From the IMG/VR virus record IMGVR_UViG_3300037424_000832, positions 1-29,932 of that record: a stretch of DNA of 29,932 nucleotides; one strand, 5' to 3'. The notes below the pieces were generated by a model. That model was given only the letters and a program-made list of their open reading frames with translations, ran no database searches and had not been told where the DNA came from. Positions within the stretch are counted from its first letter, which is position 1, and every line of letters begins with the position of its first letter. The translations under genes and the position numbers were made by a program. Shown here one piece after another: positions 23,475-29,932 of the stretch. This DNA comes from a virus (lineage: Duplodnaviria; Caudoviricetes).

Positions 23475-26030
23475 ATGGCAGATAATTATAAAAGAAAAAG
23501 AGCATATAGTATTGGTGGAGGAGGCTTAACGGCTTTCCAAGAACCTCCAATAGTTACGACTAGAGCTCCTTTAACAACAGACGTAAACTATCCAATCGGG
23601 CAAGTTTGGATTAATCAATCAACAGATGTTACATATTCACTTACAAAAGTTGTAGCAGGAAGCGCTACATGGGGTCTTTTAGGCCCCGGCTCAACAGAAA
23701 TTGATACAATCAACGGTTTATCTCCTGTAGCAGGAAATATAATAATTGATGGCGGAACAAATATCACAGACTCTAACGCAGGAAATACAGTAACATTAAA
23801 TTTAGATGCAGCAATTACATTAGCAACATCAGTAACAGCTCCGTTATATACAGCTGCCGCAGGTCTTGCTATAACCGCAGCTGCCGCTAATGACATTACA
23901 ATTAAAATGGGAGATGCTCTAGGCGCTCAAAAAATATCTTTTACAGATAGCGCTGATGCAGAACAAGCTTCATTAGATTCTGATGGTACATTAACAGTAG
24001 TTAATTTAGATGGTATTATAGGAGCTACAACACCGGCAGCGATTACAGGAACTACAATTGTTGCAAACACTTCAGTTACTTCTCCAATTTATACATCAAC
24101 CGGAGCAGTAGATACTGCTATCAATGCTGTAGCAGGTCAAGACATCATAATTAAAATGGGAGATGCCGCCGGAGCCCAAAAGGTTTCATTTGTAGACAGC
24201 GCTGACGCTGAAGTTGCTTCTATTGATTCAAATGGTGGTTTAACAACAACAGCGATAACTTTTACAGGCTTATTAACTGCGAGCGCTTCAGCTACAATTG
24301 AAACAGCAGGTACAGCGTTAACTTTAGCAGCTGATAATAGCGGCGATGCCGTTATTCTAGGCGGTGGAACAGTAGCAAGAGCGATTACGATCGGACAAGA
24401 CGCTGCTGCTCATACTGTGGCAATAGGACAAGCTGCGGCAGGCGCAATTACTATTGATACAGCAGCAGGTTTATCAATAGGCACTGCAACAGCATCTGAT
24501 TGGACATCATCATTAGCAGGCGCTACTGATTATGGTATAACATTAGAAGCTTCAGCTGCTGATGGTAAAATCCAAATCAAAGCAGGAACTTTAGGTATAG
24601 AAATCGGTAACGAAGCAGATACTTCAGTAATTGATATCGGAGATTTCGCTCCAACTGCTAGTAGAACTATCACAGTAGGCGGTGGAACTGTAGTAACAGC
24701 TGCTACTACTGATACAATAGATATTGGCCCTGATGGAGCTACAACAAATGCTGATAGCGTAAAAACAGTAAATGTCAATACAGGTGGCGTAACAACCGGT
24801 CAAGTGTTAACAAACATAGCGTCCGGAGCGGTAACTTCAGGCACTCATACTGTTAGCATCCAAACAGGAAACGTAGCAGCAGGAACTGTTGCAGCTAACA
24901 TTTCTACAGGAACAGGAACAAAAACTGTAAATGTAGGTAATGCAGACGCCCTTACAACTGTTAATATTGACGCGGCATTAGCAATAAATACGGATGTTAA
25001 TGCGGCAGTATTAATAAATACCGGAACTTCAACAGGAGCTGTAACAATTGGCGCTATTGCTAATTCAGGAGCTGTTGCAGTTGAATCAAGCACAACTATT
25101 GATGTTGATGCTGCGGGAGCTGTTTCAATAAACTCTACAGGTGCAGCCTTAAACTTCGGTAACGATGATGTTGACCAAGCAGTTAATGTCGGTACTGATG
25201 GTGAAAGAACAGTAACAGTAGGTTCAACAAATGGAGCTGCTTCATTAGTATTACAATCCGGTAGTGGTGAAATAACAGTTAGCGGAACAGTAAAAGAGAT
25301 CAACGCAGAATTTTTAAGTTCAAGTGGCGATGACATTACTTTCCAAGAAAGTCCTATTTGCTTACTAAGCGGAAATGCACCGGCACTTCCTACAGGAGCA
25401 ACAGGAACTGTAAACTTACTTGGTTTCAGAAATCTTCAAATGGAGCAGTTTATATTAGGTGCAGGGCAAACAATAATTGCGCCTGTAATGACAGCTTCAG
25501 GACTTTTAGTTTCAGGAGATTTAACAGCAACTGAAGGTTTTGAATACAATTGGGGAGCTGCTTTAAGTACAAGCAGACATACCTTCACAATCGGAACAGA
25601 TGCAGCATTTTTCTTAGAATGGGAATTTACTGTAGCAGATGTAGCCGGCGCTTCTCCTTATATGTGCGGTTTTAGAAAAGTAGAGGCTAATAACGCTACT
25701 TTAACTTCATATACCGATTATGCAATGATTGGACTTGATGCAGTTGCATCTTTAGGAAATGTTGTTATCAAAACTGAATTGAATTCAGGGGGTACAACAA
25801 ACACCAATACAACTGATGCGTGGAATAATGGCGAGACGCATTCTGTTACTGTTTTAGTTTCAGCAGCAGGAGTTGTTACCTATCTCATTGATGGTGTAGA
25901 CCCTAGCGCAACAGCAGCGTTTACATTCGATAACGGCGACCAAATTGCTCCCTTCTTTAGACTACTGCATGATGCAGGTGGCCCGGGAGCAGTTCATTGG
26001 AATTCAATGAAATGCGGATACCAAGCATAA
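23475..26030 (+). CDS. tail fibre / spike-like structural protein (851 aa)
   Basis: T/A/G-rich; N-terminal YPIGQVWIN; internal duplication; beta-helix-like I-x-I-G repeats; C-terminal lectin-like beta sandwich; GAGGA SD. Confidence 0.75.
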   Translation: MADNYKRKRAYSIGGGGLTAFQEPPIVTTRAPLTTDVNYPIGQVWINQSTDVTYSLTKVVAGSATWGLLGPGSTEIDTINGLSPVAGNIIIDGGTNITDSNAGNTVTLNLDAAITLATSVTAPLYTAAAGLAITAAAANDITIKMGDALGAQKISFTDSADAEQASLDSDGTLTVVNLDGIIGATTPAAITGTTIVANTSVTSPIYTSTGAVDTAINAVAGQDIIIKMGDAAGAQKVSFVDSADAEVASIDSNGGLTTTAITFTGLLTASASATIETAGTALTLAADNSGDAVILGGGTVARAITIGQDAAAHTVAIGQAAAGAITIDTAAGLSIGTATASDWTSSLAGATDYGITLEASAADGKIQIKAGTLGIEIGNEADTSVIDIGDFAPTASRTITVGGGTVVTAATTDTIDIGPDGATTNADSVKTVNVNTGGVTTGQVLTNIASGAVTSGTHTVSIQTGNVAAGTVAANISTGTGTKTVNVGNADALTTVNIDAALAINTDVNAAVLINTGTSTGAVTIGAIANSGAVAVESSTTIDVDAAGAVSINSTGAALNFGNDDVDQAVNVGTDGERTVTVGSTNGAASLVLQSGSGEITVSGTVKEINAEFLSSSGDDITFQESPICLLSGNAPALPTGATGTVNLLGFRNLQMEQFILGAGQTIIAPVMTASGLLVSGDLTATEGFEYNWGAALSTSRHTFTIGTDAAFFLEWEFTVADVAGASPYMCGFRKVEANNATLTSYTDYAMIGLDAVASLGNVVIKTELNSGGTTNTNTTDAWNNGETHSVTVLVSAAGVVTYLIDGVDPSATAAFTFDNGDQIAPFFRLLHDAGGPGAVHWNSMKCGYQA

Positions 26031-26041
26031 TACTAATAAAT

Positions 26042-26071
26042 AAAAAGAGCAACTATAAATGTTGCTCTTTT
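26042..26071. terminator. bidirectional intrinsic terminator
   Basis: AAAAAGAGCAAC-TATAAAT-GTTGCTCTTTT between the fibre gene and the convergent tRNA. Confidence 0.85.
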
Positions 26072-26078
26072 AATTATT

Positions 26079-26151
26079 TGCTAACGATAGGACTTGAACC
26101 CACAACATTTTGATTACAAATCAAACGCTCTACCAATTGAGCTACATTAGC
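26079..26151 (-). tRNA. tRNA-Thr (anticodon UGU), CCA not encoded
   Basis: Reverse complement folds as a 73-nt cloverleaf: GCTAATG-TA-GCTC-AATTGGTA-GAGC-G-TTTGA-TT[TGT]AA-TCAAA-ATGTT-GTGGG-TTCAAGT-CCTAT-CGTTAGC-A. Confidence 0.92.
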
Positions 26152-26162
26152 AAAAATATTGG

Positions 26163-26393
26163 TTATTTTTTTTCTTTTTTTACTTTAGCTTCAACTACAG
26201 GAGCTTCTTTTTCTGCTTTTTCAGCTGCAATTTTTTCTAAATCCCATGCCTTTTTGATTTCATCAGCTACATATTTAAATGTTTCATATCTTTTTTCCAA
26301 ATTCATTTTTGCATCAAATATTATTGTTGTTACCGGTTTATCTTCCCCTTCAACAACATGACAAATTGTTCTATTATCACCTTGAATCTTCAT
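26163..26393 (-). CDS. hypothetical protein (76 aa) with an A/E/K-rich tail
   Basis: ORF track; AAGGAG SD; directly upstream of the tRNA. Confidence 0.75.
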   Translation of the reverse strand: MKIQGDNRTICHVVEGEDKPVTTIIFDAKMNLEKRYETFKYVADEIKKAWDLEKIAAEKAEKEAPVVEAKVKKEKK

Positions 26394-26422
26394 TTTTTCT
26401 CCTTTTGTTATGCAATGTAAGC

Positions 26423-26460
26423 ATACTTGTATAGTAAATAATTTATTTGATATAAGTAAA
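26423..26460 (+). promoter_or_regulatory. conserved virion-gene promoter with embedded operator (tailspike operon)
   Basis: TTGTAT (26427-26432), 18 nt, TATAAG (26451-26456); 35/38 identical to 12546-12583. Confidence 0.7.
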
Positions 26461-26504
26461 TAAAATAATGTAAATATTAAAAATTATTTTAAACAGGTGA
26501 ACTA

Positions 26505-26795
26505 ATGAGCAGAGAGACAAAGCCTCTTTTAGAAATAGATGCAAATAGAAATTTAATTCAGGACTCGAATCTTTGGACTACTAAACGACTATCATATTCA
26601 GGAGCTAACCCCGAATATATCGGCACAGCAAGAGTAGGTGCAAACGAAAGTGATCCGATATGGCAAATCTTTAAGTTGTCTTATGACGGATCATCAAATT
26701 TAGTTTCTCAAAAATGGCCTATTGGTGCAGACGGAGTGCCAACCAATGATTTCGCTTTTTCGTGGACAGATAGAGCAACTTACACTTTTGCATAG
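26505..26795 (+). CDS. small tail-associated protein (96 aa)
   Basis: YIGTA..G...S...WQIFKLSYD...WTDRATYTF pattern; CAGGTG SD; directly upstream of the tailspike gene. Confidence 0.7.
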   Translation: MSRETKPLLEIDANRNLIQDSNLWTTKRLSYSGANPEYIGTARVGANESDPIWQIFKLSYDGSSNLVSQKWPIGADGVPTNDFAFSWTDRATYTFA

Positions 26796-26805
26796 GAGCA
26801 AATAA

Positions 26806-29800
26806 ATGGCTTACAATTTTGTTTTCAATCCATTGACAGGCAGAATGGACATAACTGATGTTAATTTATCGCCACCGGGAGATATCGAATTTCTGGAAGG
26901 AAATACCGGAGGAAGTGTTGCGCCTGATGCAGGACATATTGTAAACATAATTGGAAGCGGCGCTGTAACAGTTGATGGAGATCCATTGACAAGCACCTTA
27001 ACAATTTCAATTACTGATGGGAATTTGCTTGAAACGATTACAGGAGATAGCGGAGGAGCTGTAGGAGTTGATGGAACAAATAATATCAATTACCTAGGAA
27101 ATACAGGATTATATAAAAATGGCATACAATTTACAGGCGATCCTCTTACAAATACAATAACCGCAAAAGATTTAAGAAATATCACTAAATATGTTGTTGA
27201 TCCTGTTGCAGGCGAAACGGAATATACTACAATACAAAGCGCTTTAGACGCTGCAAATGCAGCAGGGGGCAATGCTACTGTTTATGCTAGACCAGGAACT
27301 TATGCAGAAGATTTAACTTTATATGATTCTGTAGACATTGAAGGGACAAATGAACAGGCAACAATTATAGTAGGAGTGCATACACCTCCTGCCTCAGGAA
27401 ATTTAAATTTGTTTAGATGTACTTTTCAATCTGCAACGCATGTATTAAATTCTGCCGTTGCGGGGACTACTAGTATTATTATGGAAGATTGTACAGTGGC
27501 ATGTACAAATGGATATACATTTAATTTGCCCAATTGGACAGGATTTATAGGTGTTTTTGATATTGGACCTAGTGGAACAAATGATGGTTTTGTTAATAAT
27601 ACGGCAGGTGCAACATTTTTTTCTTTTTCTGGTGGGATTGGTAATGGAACCGGAAATTCAATGATTTTATCAGGAACAACTTTATTAAAAACAACGCAAG
27701 TTGGTTGTCCTGTTTCTTTTCAATCTACCGGAACAGCAAATATAGTAAATTCGTTAGCGAGTGCAACATTAACAACTGCGGATACATCTACGGTTTCTAT
27801 ATTTAATTCTTCAATTTCTACCGGAGCTAATTCAGTTATTTCACATGGTTCTGCAAATGCTTTAGCTTTATCAAATGTAACTATTGATACATCCAATATG
27901 ATAGCAATTGACGGAGCCGGAGCAGGAACTGTTAATCTAGGAAACGTAACATTTTTAAATCAACATACATTAGCTTCTACTTTAAACGTGAATATTGATC
28001 TGACAGTTGACACAACATATCAGGGATGGATTGGAGCAATAGTTGAATCAGCGATAGTTAGCGTAACTTCAGACGGCGCTACAATTACCTTTTCTGTAGA
28101 AAGAAATGGCGGAGGTGATCTATCAGTAATAACCTCTAAAGGATATTACGAATGGGATACTACTCCCGCCGATACAATATCTTTAACAGCAGGAAGCGAT
28201 TCTTCTCCACAAATTAATTATGTTTATTGGCTAGAATCTACAAGAGCTTTAACAGCCTCAACGGTTGGATGGCCATCAACAGAACATGCACCGCTTGCAA
28301 CTGTTTTATGTCAATCAGCAGCTTCGCTTCAAACTGAAGGGGCATATAAAGTACATGCTTGGACAGATCACGTTGTGAAAGCAACTGATAATGGACACAT
28401 TGCTCATTTAAACTTTTGGATAAGACAACAAAACGCTACATGGGTAAGCGGCGTTAATCAAACATACACAATAACTCCGGGAGCTACCGATAGTGTTACT
28501 ATTGAAACAGTGGCAGGGGTAGTCTTACAATTACATGACCATGATTTTCCGGCTTTTTCAAATCCAATTAATTATTATGTAGTTAATGATCCGGTAACGC
28601 CTTATGATATAGTTACCGATTTAAACGCTCTTTTGACTGATTCAAATGGAGTGTCAATGTCGGGAAGATATTTCTCATTAGTTTTATGGGGCTGCGTTTC
28701 GGAAGATGCTAGTGATTGTAAATTGTTCATTAATTTACCGAGCGGCTCTTATACAAATGCTACCAGTTTAGCAGAAGACGCAAATAGATACGCAGACTTT
28801 TCTATCCCTTCAGAATTTAAAGGTACAGGGTTTTTAATATCCCAATGGAATTTAAGAAACGTAGGCGGGACTACATGGACATCAATTGAAGAAATTGATT
28901 TAAGAGGTCTTATACCATCAACAGTAGCAGGTGGCGGAGGAGCTGCTGCAACTGAATTTCCGGATAATACATTTAGAATCTTTGACGAAGGCGATAATAC
29001 TAAAAAAATAGCTTTTCAAGCTTCAGCATTAACAACAGCAAATACCAGAACAATTACAATGATTGATGCGGATATTGATTTAGCAAATGTTGTACAGGCA
29101 GCTTCAGCAATAACCGATAACATAATAGTGAGAGGCGATGGAGGCGTAAGAGGAGTTCAGAATTCAGGCGTTACAATAGATGATAGCGGCAACATATCAG
29201 AGTTAACTTCTCTTGATGGGGCTGCATTATCTATGCAACTTTATAATACCAGTAATACAGGCGCTGCTTCAACTTATTACGATGCAAGAGTTACAACAGC
29301 TTCAACAGGCGATCCCTATTTTTCACTAGCAGTAGCCGGAGCTAATCACTATGCATTTGGCTTGGATAATTCCGATTCAGATAAGCTGAAATTAACACGA
29401 AGCAATGCAAATGTAACACCTTCTACGGGAAGTGAAATTTTAACGATAGATTCAATCAACACAGCAACATTTGCAGTTACCACTTTAGAAAATACGAAAA
29501 GTGTAGTTGGAGCTGATACATCAATTAAAATTACCAACACAGACAACACAGATGGCGGTTCTAACGCAGTACTAGATATAGTAACAGGTGGAGCAAGCGG
29601 TGGAGATGCTTATCTTCACTTGGACACAGGGGTAACAGAATATTCATGGGGGATAGACAATAGCTCAACAACAGATTTACTTGTTTTGACAAATGGCGCT
29701 AGCCCTTCAGCGGGAACAGAATTTATAAAAGTGGGCAATAATGGTGTAAAAGATTTTATTGCTTTTTTTGATGGCGATGGACCTGCTGCAATTGGCAATT

Positions 29801-29932
29801 CTACAGTTAGAATTTCAGATGAAACAATAGGCGGATCTGTTGGAGTCCTTGTCCAAAACACTGACAATACCGATACATCATCTGACGCCGGTATTAATCT
29901 TATGGTAGGAGGAGCAAGTTCAGGAGATCCAT
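26806..29932 (+). CDS. large tailspike / tail fibre with a pectin-lyase-like beta-helix, partial (>1042 aa)
   Basis: Absent from the ORF track because there is no stop in the window. ATG 26806 with AGGAG SD; MAYNFVFNPLTG...; beta-helix cap YTTIQSALDAA...TVYARPGTYAEDLTL; C-terminal repeats; frame open to the window end. Confidence 0.85.
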   Translation, partial: MAYNFVFNPLTGRMDITDVNLSPPGDIEFLEGNTGGSVAPDAGHIVNIIGSGAVTVDGDPLTSTLTISITDGNLLETITGDSGGAVGVDGTNNINYLGNTGLYKNGIQFTGDPLTNTITAKDLRNITKYVVDPVAGETEYTTIQSALDAANAAGGNATVYARPGTYAEDLTLYDSVDIEGTNEQATIIVGVHTPPASGNLNLFRCTFQSATHVLNSAVAGTTSIIMEDCTVACTNGYTFNLPNWTGFIGVFDIGPSGTNDGFVNNTAGATFFSFSGGIGNGTGNSMILSGTTLLKTTQVGCPVSFQSTGTANIVNSLASATLTTADTSTVSIFNSSISTGANSVISHGSANALALSNVTIDTSNMIAIDGAGAGTVNLGNVTFLNQHTLASTLNVNIDLTVDTTYQGWIGAIVESAIVSVTSDGATITFSVERNGGGDLSVITSKGYYEWDTTPADTISLTAGSDSSPQINYVYWLESTRALTASTVGWPSTEHAPLATVLCQSAASLQTEGAYKVHAWTDHVVKATDNGHIAHLNFWIRQQNATWVSGVNQTYTITPGATDSVTIETVAGVVLQLHDHDFPAFSNPINYYVVNDPVTPYDIVTDLNALLTDSNGVSMSGRYFSLVLWGCVSEDASDCKLFINLPSGSYTNATSLAEDANRYADFSIPSEFKGTGFLISQWNLRNVGGTTWTSIEEIDLRGLIPSTVAGGGGAAATEFPDNTFRIFDEGDNTKKIAFQASALTTANTRTITMIDADIDLANVVQAASAITDNIIVRGDGGVRGVQNSGVTIDDSGNISELTSLDGAALSMQLYNTSNTGAASTYYDARVTTASTGDPYFSLAVAGANHYAFGLDNSDSDKLKLTRSNANVTPSTGSEILTIDSINTATFAVTTLENTKSVVGADTSIKITNTDNTDGGSNAVLDIVTGGASGGDAYLHLDTGVTEYSWGIDNSSTTDLLVLTNGASPSAGTEFIKVGNNGVKDFIAFFDGDGPAAIGNSTVRISDETIGGSVGVLVQNTDNTDTSSDAGINLMVGGASSGDP

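Noticed and set aside
23395-23550. N-terminal extension of the 108-aa minus ORF
   Set aside because: It crosses the promoter region and overlaps the fibre gene start; the real product is the roughly 52-56 aa RHH.
26079-26151. tRNA as a prophage attachment site
   Set aside because: It is flanked on both sides by phage structural genes; no integrase or duplicated tRNA 3' end is seen in the window.
23615-29867. Minus-strand ORFs within the fibre and tailspike genes, and + ORF 26110-26361
   Set aside because: Antisense shadows of T/A/G-rich genes; 26110-26361 overlaps the tRNA and an SD-led minus-strand gene.
1-29932. CRISPR array, diversity-generating retroelement, or stop-codon recoding
   Set aside because: I saw no regularly spaced repeats, reverse transcriptase or TR/VR pair. 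Long genes are intact in the standard code and end in TAA, TAG and TGA.

Overview
This window is part of an AT-rich tailed phage (or prophage) genome with podovirus-like organisation. Packaging and head genes on the + strand: small terminase, intein-containing large terminase, a block of accessory genes including a C5 DNA methyltransferase, a P22-like portal, a scaffold, an N4-gp56-type major capsid and a capsid-associated protein. Tail genes follow: adaptor, nozzle, two probable ejection proteins, an 851-aa fibre-like protein, and a >1042-aa tailspike-like ORF that runs off the right edge and is missing from the ORF track. A tRNA-Thr(UGU) lies on the minus strand. Four things stand out. (1) The methyltransferase appears split over two overlapping frames (M.EcoHK31I-like alpha/beta), and the beta Shine-Dalgarno is formed by the motif I Gly-Gly codons. 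(2) A palindromic motif, CAAnTA-(A/T)7-TAnTTG, recurs in almost every promoter region, mostly between a small minus-strand gene (two are ribbon-helix-helix-like) and a virion operon. (3) Both terminase genes look leaderless, and the portal RBS sits in a hairpin that its own promoter would remove. (4) TerL has reciprocal Walker A/B substitutions (GKD / VFSE). All calls come from reading the sequence by eye; no database searches were run, and the host cannot be determined.
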